DNA from: a bacterium
GTDB taxonomy: Bacteria; Patescibacteriota; Gracilibacteria; Peribacterales; Peribacteraceae
DNA: 64,000 nucleotides
Assembly (NCBI GenBank): GCA_027592135.1
Contig: JAQCIJ010000001.1
Span: forward strand, 34,156 to 98,155
Direction of reading: 5' to 3'
Shown piece by piece: positions 45,935 through 55,088 of this stretch (position 1 is its first letter; each line of letters opens with the position of its first letter). The translations under genes were made by a program, and so were the position numbers. The notes below the pieces were generated by a model. That model searched no databases. It was given only the letters and a program-made list of their open reading frames with translations, and was not told the DNA's origin.

Positions 45935-46765
45935 ATGCACCGTGCTGCGTGGATCATTGGCCTTCTTCTGATAGTTCCAACTGCCAGAGCAGGGGATTGG
46001 GAAAAATTTTCAACTGACCTCGAACTTTTTGAGCAGTTGATTGTAGATGATCAATTGCAAATGCAGATACAACAAGAGGATGCTGAACTAGAAGATAGTG
46101 CAGATCTTTTTCCAGGTGAAGAAGAGGAAGAAGCAGCTGTAACAGGAGAAGAAGAAAAATTTACAACGATCTCTGTCGACGGAACAGATGTTCTTCTTTC
46201 CGATGTACCTACAGAAGAGTGGTTTTCTGAATATGTAGTAAAAGCTGCACAACTCAATTTAATATCAGGATATCGCGATAGCGAAGGTAAACCGACAGGG
46301 GAGTTTGGCCCAGAAGATTATGTTACTGTAGAGCAGCTCGCAAAGATGGCTATTATTGCTGCAGGTATTGATACGTATAACTGTGGAGATACGTTGATCA
46401 ACACCACTGCAAAAGGACGGTGGTCTCAGAAGTATATCCAGTGTGCAGAGCATCTTGGATTTGCCGTATTTAGTGATGGCAGTATAAAAGTCACTAAACC
46501 TGCTCATAGATCAGAGGTAGCTATCACCGTACTGCAGGCATTCTCTGTGCGCATAGCACCAGTGTCTGGTTCTATCTTTGAAGATGTAACAAGGGCAACA
46601 CCCTACGGAAATGCTGTAGAGACTATGTCCCGCGATGGAGTTGTTTCTGGATACACGCAAAGTAATGGAAATCCTACGGGATACTTTGGACCATCTGACC
46701 CTGTAAACCGAGCGGAGACTGCAAAGATATTCTCGTTGTCTTCTCAGACATACGGCACGCGTTAA
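45935..46765 (+). CDS. Secreted protein with SLH domains
   Basis: Signal peptide, an acidic linker, then SLH-like repeats (SDVPTEEWFSEYVVKAAQLNLISGYRD...; FEDVTRATPYGNAVETMSRDGVVSGYTQ...NRAETAKIF). Confidence 0.75.
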   Translation: MHRAAWIIGLLLIVPTARAGDWEKFSTDLELFEQLIVDDQLQMQIQQEDAELEDSADLFPGEEEEEAAVTGEEEKFTTISVDGTDVLLSDVPTEEWFSEYVVKAAQLNLISGYRDSEGKPTGEFGPEDYVTVEQLAKMAIIAAGIDTYNCGDTLINTTAKGRWSQKYIQCAEHLGFAVFSDGSIKVTKPAHRSEVAITVLQAFSVRIAPVSGSIFEDVTRATPYGNAVETMSRDGVVSGYTQSNGNPTGYFGPSDPVNRAETAKIFSLSSQTYGTR

Positions 46766-47757
46766 ACGTGGTGTCTGTTGCTGTGACGCAAGAGATGACG
46801 AAAGTACTTTGCTCTAAAGTTCTTAGATGTTAATTGTACAACGGCAGATCCTATGACAATCATCAAACCTCCGAAGATGTGATACCATGCGATATGCTCG
46901 CCAAGCATGACATGTGCGAACAGTAAGCTTCCTATTGTTATTAATGGCAAAATCATCGCAACAGTATGTATTGGTAATCGCTCTATTGATTCATAGAAAC
47001 TAAATAAATAAAGGAATCGAGCAATTAATCCATACCCAATAAGTGCACCCAGCATTTCATAAGGGAAAATTTCTAATTCAGAGATGAGGTTATGCTCTAT
47101 AAATGGAGAAACAATTAGGAAAAATACAATAGCTATAGAGCTTCGTACAAAAAGAATCAATTCTGGATGTAGCTTGTGCATCTTTTTCTTAAAGATTACT
47201 CCTCCAATTGCATACACCAATGCTCCAAAAATAATCAGAAGGTCACTAGTTTCTGGGGTAAACTTGGTAGTGAATCCTTGTGTTATTACCATTACAACAC
47301 CACTAAATGTACAAACTAATGCAAAAATATCTGTTCGTGTGATTTTTTCTCGCAAGAAAATAGACGCAAAGAGAAAGAGGAAAATTGTGTATGTTCGTAA
47401 ATAGAGCTCTGCATTTATTGCTTGAGACATTTGTAGTCCGGTAAATACCAAGAGAGGAGCAATAATACTGCTCGTAACACCGATGAGCATCAGGGGCAAT
47501 ATGCAATTTTTACCTTTCTTTCTGAGTTCTTTCATAATAGGAAATAATCCAAACGAAAGGATCGTAAACACCAGCACAATTGATTCACTAACAAAGAGTA
47601 GTGACAGGGGACTTAAAGAGCCTGTAAGCATCTTTGCGTATGTTGTCGATGTAGATGCACAAATAATAGCAATACCTAAACCAAGCCACCCAATATATAG
47701 AGATCGCATCTTTCGTTTCGTACCAATAAATGGTAAGGATAGGGTTTTTGTGTACAT
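46762..47757 (-). CDS. EamA/DMT-family transporter
   Basis: 331 aa, about 10 TM helices in two EamA-like halves. Confidence 0.7.
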   Translation of the reverse strand: MYTKTLSLPFIGTKRKMRSLYIGWLGLGIAIICASTSTTYAKMLTGSLSPLSLLFVSESIVLVFTILSFGLFPIMKELRKKGKNCILPLMLIGVTSSIIAPLLVFTGLQMSQAINAELYLRTYTIFLFLFASIFLREKITRTDIFALVCTFSGVVMVITQGFTTKFTPETSDLLIIFGALVYAIGGVIFKKKMHKLHPELILFVRSSIAIVFFLIVSPFIEHNLISELEIFPYEMLGALIGYGLIARFLYLFSFYESIERLPIHTVAMILPLITIGSLLFAHVMLGEHIAWYHIFGGLMIVIGSAVVQLTSKNFRAKYFRHLLRHSNRHHV

Positions 47758-47808
47758 ATTTATATTATATTATAACATATTTACCAAAATAAGGCTATTC
47801 CCTATTTT

Positions 47809-47959
47809 GTAACTGCTCACTGACTTTGTACTATTTTGGCTAATGGCAAATGAATTTGCCACATTATACACACCTGTTAGCCGGCGGTTTAAACCGCCGG
47901 CTAACATTCAGTTCTATGCCGAATGTATTCGGCAATCAAGAATGCTAGTGAGCAGTTAC
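47809..47959. mobile_element. 151-bp MITE-like element: 13-bp perfect terminal inverted repeats flanked by an 8-bp direct duplication
   Basis: GTAACTGCTCACT (47809-47821) and AGTGAGCAGTTAC (47947-47959). CCTATTTT lies immediately outside both ends (47801-47808 and 47960-47967). There are three internal hairpins and no ORF. Confidence 0.7.
47876..47905. terminator. Perfect 12-bp GC-rich hairpin GTTAGCCGGCGG-TTTAAA-CCGCCGGCTAAC inside the MITE-like element
   Basis: Read directly. It lies downstream of the stop of the 48026-49351 gene and could act as a terminator. Confidence 0.4.
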
Positions 47960-48025
47960 CCTATTTTTAACTCTACGTACTTTTTCTGGGCATATATCTA
48001 GTTGTATTACTGTGTTAACACACAA

Positions 48026-49351
48026 CTACAAACGACGGGGGATTAGCGTGTATGCAAGTGAGAGAGTCAATAGAGAAGCTGGAAGCAGCATTTGACGATC
48101 AAACGACTGACCAATGATGAGATACTCAGTATTTGCAGTAAGAAGATACACTCCCATATATCCAGCCATTGCTATCAAGCCCCAGAGCATTGTTATGAGA
48201 TATCGCCGATCTATGTGGACTGTATTTTTTTGCATACCAATAATCATCACAACCAGAATGACAATCACAGCATACCAATACATACCAAAGGATCCTGTGA
48301 CAAACATTGCTTTACTAAAGGCAGAGACTGCTTCTGTATTTATAGTAAACTGTGTATCTCCAGATCCGTGAGGCGTAAGAGATAAGGTATGGAATCTTGC
48401 AAACACAGGCCATGATAGTGAGAGCAAAATAGCAAAGGCAACGGGGTACCGCATACTACTAATCGATCCTGCTTTTCGCACCAGGATGATACTCATCATG
48501 ATAATCCACGGTATGTAGCAAAAGAAGATTCCGTCTGATTTAGTCCACACAGAGGCGCATACAAATAGCCCAGAGAGCATAAGCATACGTGGGTCATCTG
48601 ACCTCCTATATTCTAGGAGAAAGATCAGACTAAGAAGTGCAAAGCTTACAAGTGTAATATCTGCGTAAGATTGTCCTGTATGAATAGTCATTAATGGAAT
48701 CCCAACAATGAGTGCCATTGCACACAGTGCATACGATCTTCCTCTACGAGAGAGAAAGAAGAAAACTACACCAAGAGAAGAAAGTGTCAGGAGAAGATGA
48801 ATAGAATTAGCAGATAAATCGCTCCAAATAGGGCTAAACTGATTAATGCTAATCTGCAATGAGTGATACAAGAATGGGTAGTTAGGCTTACTCACTAATC
48901 CATCTCGTGTATCAAATACAATTGCACTATCATAGAAAGATACTTTCGACCGCATGTTCCAGTTGGTTGTGCTGTCGTAGTGGAATGTAGGTAGTAGTGC
49001 ATGTGATACTGCATAGCAGGTTGATGATGCGAGTATAAGCACAGAGATCACTGTAAGAATTATGGGAATCTTAACGACAGAAACTTCTGATATAGATTCA
49101 GAACTTTTAGTTTTAATTAAGGGCTGAACGGATATTAGAAACATACCAGTACAGCATAGATTACTGATGATTATACTTAGTGCACTCAGTTCAATTTGAG
49201 CAAGTGTCAGGAGGATAAATGCTAACAGATTTATCAATGCAGCGAGAGGCAATGCTAGTAGAAGCTCTAGTAGAACTCCATAGTCTTGACGAAGAAGACG
49301 ATGGGAAACCATCCATCCTTCTGCCAATAATATTAGAGTCATAAATATCAT
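48026..49351 (-). CDS. Polytopic integral membrane protein (possible GT-C-type glycosyltransferase; function unassigned)
   Basis: 441 aa, at least 10 hydrophobic helices, 4-nt overlap with the upstream gene. Confidence 0.55.
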   Translation of the reverse strand: MIFMTLILLAEGWMVSHRLLRQDYGVLLELLLALPLAALINLLAFILLTLAQIELSALSIIISNLCCTGMFLISVQPLIKTKSSESISEVSVVKIPIILTVISVLILASSTCYAVSHALLPTFHYDSTTNWNMRSKVSFYDSAIVFDTRDGLVSKPNYPFLYHSLQISINQFSPIWSDLSANSIHLLLTLSSLGVVFFFLSRRGRSYALCAMALIVGIPLMTIHTGQSYADITLVSFALLSLIFLLEYRRSDDPRMLMLSGLFVCASVWTKSDGIFFCYIPWIIMMSIILVRKAGSISSMRYPVAFAILLSLSWPVFARFHTLSLTPHGSGDTQFTINTEAVSAFSKAMFVTGSFGMYWYAVIVILVVMIIGMQKNTVHIDRRYLITMLWGLIAMAGYMGVYLLTANTEYLIIGQSFDRQMLLPASLLTLSLAYTLIPRRL

Positions 49352-50316
49352 ATATTGTTTTGATACAGGGCTGAACCATCATTATATTTCTTTATAAAGT
49401 TCACAGAAAATTGTTTTTCATTACATCGTAATTCTTTACCGTCAATAGACCAATTTGTAGATTTATAAATGATAATATAGTCGGGTTTATCATCAGAGAT
49501 GATTACAGGGTACGCATGATATTGCAGAAGTTTACTGGCATACGTTGTTCCTGTATGACAGAGATATGCGGAACGAGCCTTTTCCCCTATCAGATTTTGT
49601 GCAATTTCTGGAAGTGAGCCTGCAGTAGAATACGTCTTATGAAGAAGCCACTCTGCTGAATGATCTATACTTAAGCGAAGAACATCAATAGAAAACCGTG
49701 CTTGTGTAATCAGTACAATGATAATGCTTACAGGGATAATCATCTGTTTTTTTCTGGTAAGGATTAAGAAAACTACTATGAGGATCATTCCTAATCCTAA
49801 AACTACTGTAAGTGGTATGCCTAAAATGCTGTACCCAGGCAGGCGATGATACGAGGCTGGTGAGTAGGGTTGCATTATCATCGCATGATGGATTGCAGTT
49901 GAAAAAACGGTGATCAGTGATGCTTGATTGAATTCAATATCATGAAACTGAGCACCAGTTTTGCTATTACTAAAAAAGTAGAGTCGATAGGATTGCTCCA
50001 CGGGTTGCCATGCGGGGCTCTTTGTAAGATCAATAGTTGCCTCTTGCATACTTCCTTCTGGAAGTACTGTTTGTAATGTGTCAAAAGTATTGAAAGAGCC
50101 GTCACGACCTTTGAACATCACAAATAACGATAAAGGCTCAAGGGTTGAGTACTTCAACGTTACAGAACCGCCTTTTCCTTTGATATCTGCACTCGCATGA
50201 GAAGCAGACTGAGAAACGACTTCCTCGATTGCAATATCTTCGGAAAGTAATAACACAGGAGCTTCACCTGCAAAGGCGTAAGGGGTAAAGAGGAGAAATA
50301 GTGAAAAAGCCCACAT
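49348..50316 (-). CDS. Hypothetical membrane protein: signal peptide, extracytoplasmic domain, TM helices and a cytoplasmic domain
   Basis: 322-aa ORF, translationally coupled to the downstream polytopic membrane protein. Confidence 0.55.
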   Translation of the reverse strand: MWAFSLFLLFTPYAFAGEAPVLLLSEDIAIEEVVSQSASHASADIKGKGGSVTLKYSTLEPLSLFVMFKGRDGSFNTFDTLQTVLPEGSMQEATIDLTKSPAWQPVEQSYRLYFFSNSKTGAQFHDIEFNQASLITVFSTAIHHAMIMQPYSPASYHRLPGYSILGIPLTVVLGLGMILIVVFLILTRKKQMIIPVSIIIVLITQARFSIDVLRLSIDHSAEWLLHKTYSTAGSLPEIAQNLIGEKARSAYLCHTGTTYASKLLQYHAYPVIISDDKPDYIIIYKSTNWSIDGKELRCNEKQFSVNFIKKYNDGSALYQNNI

Positions 50317-50356
50317 ATAAATATTCTACACTATTATCCATGTATTCTATTTATAA

Positions 50357-50444
50357 TGGTGCCGCAAACTGGATTCGAACCAGTACGACCAATTACGGTC
50401 AAGGGATTTTAAGTCCCTAGTGTCTACCATTTCACCATTGCGGC
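50357..50444 (-). tRNA. tRNA-Leu (anticodon TAA), class II, CCA encoded
   Basis: The reverse complement folds as GCCGCAA-TG-GTG...CAC-T-AGGGA-CTTAAAA-TCCCT-(17-nt variable arm)-ACTGG-TTCGAAT-CCAGT-TTGCGGC-A-CCA. Confidence 0.95.
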
Positions 50445-50519
50445 AATTCTAAAAATAAAAAGATCAACACCATCTACATTATACTGAATCAAGTGAATCT
50501 TATGAAGCTAAAACTTCTA

Positions 50520-51713
50520 TTAGATTGGAAGTGCCGCAGGAGCAGGCCCTGTAACAGTTCTCGACTCACGTTCACCAACCTGTAGGGCAATTCCTGTAGT
50601 AGGATCTACCTCCTGTGCAGTAAGAATTAATCGTCGTAGGGTGGTTCCTACTGGTGTACAAGTCATAAGTGTAGCCATTCGTCTATTGGATGGCTGATCC
50701 AGTACGTCTACATTACTTGGTTTAACTTCTTTCTTTCCTTGAATAATATATCGGTGCTTATCACCTCCGTAATATATCCAGTACTCGTCTCCAACATTTA
50801 GCTCGTGAAGCCGAGCAAACACAGTTTTAAACTGTCCATCAGCCCAAGGGTAGTATGAGCTGTGACCTGTAACAAAGAAGTTACCGGCTTGTCCAGGCCG
50901 TGCTGTCCCTGGATAGTGCACTACTCCATGTTTTAGTGCATCTTGAATGTCTGACTCTACACCTTCCCAGTCTTCTTTAAGTAGACTGCTGTATGATGGT
51001 GTGACTAGTGGGATATTGAGTCCCAGACGTGGAACAATAACACGGTTCTCTGGAGGTCCAACTGTAGGAAGATAGCTCAGCATATCCCCTTCTTCCCTAC
51101 CTGCAACTGCAAGCATTGGGCTCTTAAGAAGCTTCTCTTTTAGGGCATTATCTACTTCGGATACATTTCCATTCAGAGAGGATACGCGCTCTACAGGGTC
51201 AAGATACGGTGAGATAATTTGAAAGAAGCTCTGATAATTAAGTGATACAAAGAGCACGACAAAGATGCTGGCAAAGGTTCCTCCAAAGCGAACAACATCT
51301 AGAGCAAACAGAGACCCCCGGCTGTATTCCTTTGCAGATTTATTCTTTTGGACGACCCAAACAGGTTGTGCAAGAAATCCCCAGATTCCATCTAGTCCTC
51401 CTGAAAATATCTTTTTGATATCAGATATATGGAATGTAAATCCTTTGTAGCTGTGAATGTATTGGCTTTTTCCTTCTGATACTATGTTCTTTGTTGTTCC
51501 CATCAATTTTCCTCGTACTACCTTTAGAACACTAACAACTTGCTCACATCGATCTTGTACAACTTCTGTTTTCCGTGTTTCTTGTACGAGCTCATCAGCA
51601 TCGGTTACTTCCCATGCAGTATTTTTCTTTAGTGTAGGCTGAATGCGCGAGATATGCTCAGGTTCTGCTTTCTGTTCTCTAGGGCCAATATGGATATGGC
51701 CACTTTCATCCAC
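50520..51713 (-). CDS. Sortase-family transpeptidase with a long N-terminal extension and TM anchor
   Basis: Catalytic contexts FFVTGHSS (His), ATLMTCTP (TLxTC Cys) and TLRRLILTA (Arg). The TM segment is FGGTFASIFVVLFVSL. Confidence 0.85.
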   Translation of the reverse strand: MDESGHIHIGPREQKAEPEHISRIQPTLKKNTAWEVTDADELVQETRKTEVVQDRCEQVVSVLKVVRGKLMGTTKNIVSEGKSQYIHSYKGFTFHISDIKKIFSGGLDGIWGFLAQPVWVVQKNKSAKEYSRGSLFALDVVRFGGTFASIFVVLFVSLNYQSFFQIISPYLDPVERVSSLNGNVSEVDNALKEKLLKSPMLAVAGREEGDMLSYLPTVGPPENRVIVPRLGLNIPLVTPSYSSLLKEDWEGVESDIQDALKHGVVHYPGTARPGQAGNFFVTGHSSYYPWADGQFKTVFARLHELNVGDEYWIYYGGDKHRYIIQGKKEVKPSNVDVLDQPSNRRMATLMTCTPVGTTLRRLILTAQEVDPTTGIALQVGERESRTVTGPAPAALPI

Positions 51714-51840
51714 ACGTGCTTTGTGGTTTTCTTCATCGTCTTCTTGCCAATTTTGGTGCGGATGTAGAGGAATCCTCTTATTATAGCAGAAAATACGTTT
51801 TTTTCACAGTCTAGGAGGATTATTCTACCATACTTTTAAC

Positions 51841-52944
51841 TTATCGCATCTCTTCTGTTATTACTCCTCCTCCTACAATTTCTACTCCATTATACAGTAC
51901 TATTGATTGACCACTTGCAATTCCTCTTAAGCCTTCATTAAAGCGAAAAAGCAAAGATTTACCATCATGCTTCAGTGTGCCTTTACGACGCGTGCCAAGC
52001 GAGTGAATACGAGCCTCAAAAGTAATTTCCTCATTTTCCTCTGGTATCCATGATACCCATCGTAGATCTATTGCCCGTAGTTCCTTTTTAAGATCAGCCC
52101 CATCTGGAGCCACATAGATGGTATTGCTCTCTGGTTCTTTTCGTACGACATGCAAAGGTATCTTTAGCCCTCCAATGCCTAATCCTTTTCTTTGGCCAAT
52201 CGTATAAAACGGAATTCCCTTGTGCTCACCGACAACTGTTTCATCCTCGAGTTTAATGTCTCCGGGTTTGCTATCGGTGATATATCTCTTTAGGAAAGCT
52301 TCTGGTTCTTTCTCTGGGAAGAAGCACAGATCCTGACTTTCTTTATAACTTGTCTCCTCATACGGGACACCATACTTTGTAGCAAGGGCGAATACTTCAG
52401 ACTTTTGTAATTCCCCTAGGGGAAACATTACCTTGCTCAATTGATCTTGACTGAGTCCATAAAGATAATAGCTCTGGTCTTTGGAGCTATCTACAGCTTC
52501 CAGTAATAGATGCCGAGTAGTTCCATCGGCTTGCACTTCTTCTGTGGTACGAGCGTAGTGCCCTGTGGCAAGTTTGTCGCATCCAAGTTTATCTGACAAC
52601 TCCAGCAATCTTCCAAACTTTACTGATCTATTACATCCTATACACGGGTTTGGGGTGTGGCCTTCTTTGTATCCTTTAAGAAAAGGGTCAACGACATCTC
52701 GTTTAAATTCATCCTCAAGATCAAGAATCTGTAATGGGATATCTACGTCTTTAGCAACTTGATTTGCCCGAGCAATAGTTTGTGCATTACAGCACTTACT
52801 GGGAAGAATCTGTGCAAGAGGTGGAGCTAATGGATCTGTCCATAGAGTAAAGCGAACACCCAACACCTCATGCCCTTGTTCTTTGAGCATGTGTACCACT
52901 ACAGAGGAGTCTATCCCGCCAGACATAGCCACGAGTATCTTCAT
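51841..52944 (-). CDS. mnmA: tRNA-specific 2-thiouridylase MnmA
   Basis: MKILVAMSGGIDSSV PP-loop, NPCIGCN, and a conserved C-terminal beta-barrel. Confidence 0.93.
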   Translation of the reverse strand: MKILVAMSGGIDSSVVVHMLKEQGHEVLGVRFTLWTDPLAPPLAQILPSKCCNAQTIARANQVAKDVDIPLQILDLEDEFKRDVVDPFLKGYKEGHTPNPCIGCNRSVKFGRLLELSDKLGCDKLATGHYARTTEEVQADGTTRHLLLEAVDSSKDQSYYLYGLSQDQLSKVMFPLGELQKSEVFALATKYGVPYEETSYKESQDLCFFPEKEPEAFLKRYITDSKPGDIKLEDETVVGEHKGIPFYTIGQRKGLGIGGLKIPLHVVRKEPESNTIYVAPDGADLKKELRAIDLRWVSWIPEENEEITFEARIHSLGTRRKGTLKHDGKSLLFRFNEGLRGIASGQSIVLYNGVEIVGGGVITEEMR

Positions 52945-52991
52945 AGACGGTATTGTACGTTTCTTTACTTTAAAATCACTTAAAAAGGGTC

Positions 52992-52997
52992 TAGAGT
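52992..52997 (+). promoter_or_regulatory. -10-like TAGAGT 7 nt upstream of the ATG at 53005
   Basis: The sequence is cTAGAGTatgtccgATG. Confidence 0.25.
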
Positions 52998-53004
52998 ATG
53001 TCCG

Positions 53005-54024
53005 ATGCGAAAACTACTAGAAAAACTCTTCGGTAAAGGCTCTAACGAGCTTCATTTCTCCTATGAAGAGAAGAAGTATTCTTTTGGCGTAAAGGTGCTC
53101 GTAGCATTGTTGGCTCTGATTATTCTTTCTCTTTCGGAGAGGGCAATAGCTGACCTACAACAAGGCATTCCTCGCATTGATTATCCAAATTACTATGATC
53201 TACAAGAAAATAGAGATGTACAGAATTATCAAAGAAACACCCTAAACCCTCTATACCAGAAGAAGCATGACCTCGAGAATAGAAATCGAGAAGTACGATC
53301 GGAATATGACACCAGTCTTCTCGAGAAAATTGCCATTGAGGACACCAGACTTTTCGGAGATGAAGATAGTGTACGACAAGACTTTTCAAGCAATCAAGAG
53401 CTATTAAGTAGGGTAAACGAAGGGATTGAAATTGCAGAAAAAGAGTTAGAGAGATTACAAGTTCTTGCGCATCAGGCAGAAGCACCTTTGCGCAATGACT
53501 ATATTGCACGAGTACGTATTCGTCAGCTTAAAGTATTTTTATGGGAGGCGATCTTCTGGATTCCGTTCTTTTTCATTACACTCTGGTGGTATAGCAGGAC
53601 AAAGAGAAAAGATTCTCGTTGGGAAATTATTTCTATTGCAGCACTTATTGCATCGAGCATTATTAGCTTGCAATCATTTTGCGTATTCCTCTGGAGTTGG
53701 ATTCCGCGAGAGTTGCTGGAAAAACTTTGGGAAATACTTCAGGCCACATTGCTTACACGTATCGTAGGATATTACTTGATGATGGCAGTGATTATACTTC
53801 TACTCGGAGGTCTTATCGTCTCTGTACATAGAAGGGCTACAGACCCAGTAAGCGGGGGGAAGAAGAAGATTCGCAATAAACAGTGTCCAACCTGCAGCTA
53901 TCCACTAGAGCTTAGTGGAGATTTCTGTGGTGGATGCGGAAAGCAACTTCAAGAAAAGTGTAGCAGCTGCAGTAAACCTACATATACATGGGCAGCAGCG
54001 TGCGAGCACTGTGGCAACAAATAG
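53005..54024 (+). CDS. Membrane protein with an N-terminal coiled coil and a C-terminal double zinc ribbon
   Basis: TM helices in the second half. The C-terminus is CPTCSYPLELSGDFCGGCGKQLQEKCSSCSKPTYTWAAACEHCG. Confidence 0.6.
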   Translation: MRKLLEKLFGKGSNELHFSYEEKKYSFGVKVLVALLALIILSLSERAIADLQQGIPRIDYPNYYDLQENRDVQNYQRNTLNPLYQKKHDLENRNREVRSEYDTSLLEKIAIEDTRLFGDEDSVRQDFSSNQELLSRVNEGIEIAEKELERLQVLAHQAEAPLRNDYIARVRIRQLKVFLWEAIFWIPFFFITLWWYSRTKRKDSRWEIISIAALIASSIISLQSFCVFLWSWIPRELLEKLWEILQATLLTRIVGYYLMMAVIILLLGGLIVSVHRRATDPVSGGKKKIRNKQCPTCSYPLELSGDFCGGCGKQLQEKCSSCSKPTYTWAAACEHCGNK

Positions 54025-54026
54025 CA

Positions 54027-55088
54027 ATGATAGATAAACTTCGTACCCTTGCGGCTGAATTTGATGCATTGCAGAAAAAGATGATCGAACCCGAAGTTCT
54101 TTCTGACCCGAAACAAATTGCAAAAATTGGAAAGCGCATGAAGGACCTCGAGCCACTTACAGGAATGCTAAAGCAGCACGACGCAGCAACTGCTGCAATT
54201 AAATTTGCCGAAGAAGATATAGAAGATCCTGAGATGCGAACTATGGCAGATGAAGAAGCAGAGGCTGCACGCAAGCGTGTAATAGAGCTTGAGGAGGAAA
54301 TGAAATTGTTTCTAATCCCAAAAGATCCTGATGATGATAGGTCAGTCATCTTAGAAATTAGAGCGGGGACCGGAGGAGACGAGGCAGGAATATTCGCTGG
54401 AGAGCTATTACGGATGTATTTACGCTTTGCAGAAGAACAGGGATGGAAATCAGAACTTATGGACAAGAAAGACGCTGAGAGTGGGGGGGTAAAAGAGGCA
54501 GTGTTCAAGATCGATGGAGTAGGTGCGTATGGAATGTTGAAGTTTGAGTCGGGTGTACATCGTGTACAGCGTATTCCTGCTACGGAAAATAAAGGGCGTG
54601 TGCACACAAGTGCCGCATCTGTTGCGATCTTGCCAGAGGCAGAAGAAGTGGATATTCAAATTAGAGATGAAGATATTCGTGTAGACATCTTTCGTTCGTC
54701 TGGACCTGGTGGTCAGTCGGTAAATACTACAGACTCCGCTGTGCGTCTTACATATATACCGCTCGATATCACGGTAATTTGTCAGGATGAAAAGTCTCAA
54801 TTGAAAAATAAGAACAAAGCCATGGGGGTACTTCGTTCGCGTCTCTACGCTGCCGAGCAGGATCGACTTGCTAAAGAAAGAGGGGATATGCGTCTTGGGC
54901 AAATTGGAACTGGGGATAGATCAGAAAAAATTCGTACCTATAACTTTCCGCAAGATCGTGTGACAGATCATAGAATAAGCCAAAGTTACAATAACCTTCC
55001 TAGTATTATGGAAGGAGGTATTCTACACATAATTGATACATTGCAACAGCACGATCAACTCGCAAAGTTGTCTTCTGTTGGGGCTTAA
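54027..55088 (+). CDS. prfA: Peptide chain release factor 1
   Basis: PAT tripeptide (RIPATENKGRVHTS), GGQ motif (SGPGGQSVNTT). The start at Met14 of the ORF (MIDKLRTL) lies 2 nt after the upstream stop. Confidence 0.93.
   Translation: MIDKLRTLAAEFDALQKKMIEPEVLSDPKQIAKIGKRMKDLEPLTGMLKQHDAATAAIKFAEEDIEDPEMRTMADEEAEAARKRVIELEEEMKLFLIPKDPDDDRSVILEIRAGTGGDEAGIFAGELLRMYLRFAEEQGWKSELMDKKDAESGGVKEAVFKIDGVGAYGMLKFESGVHRVQRIPATENKGRVHTSAASVAILPEAEEVDIQIRDEDIRVDIFRSSGPGGQSVNTTDSAVRLTYIPLDITVICQDEKSQLKNKNKAMGVLRSRLYAAEQDRLAKERGDMRLGQIGTGDRSEKIRTYNFPQDRVTDHRISQSYNNLPSIMEGGILHIIDTLQQHDQLAKLSSVGA

Noticed and set aside
53978-54607. 209-aa minus-strand ORF inside prfA
   Set aside because: It is antisense to a highly conserved release-factor gene and has low-complexity Ser-rich composition.
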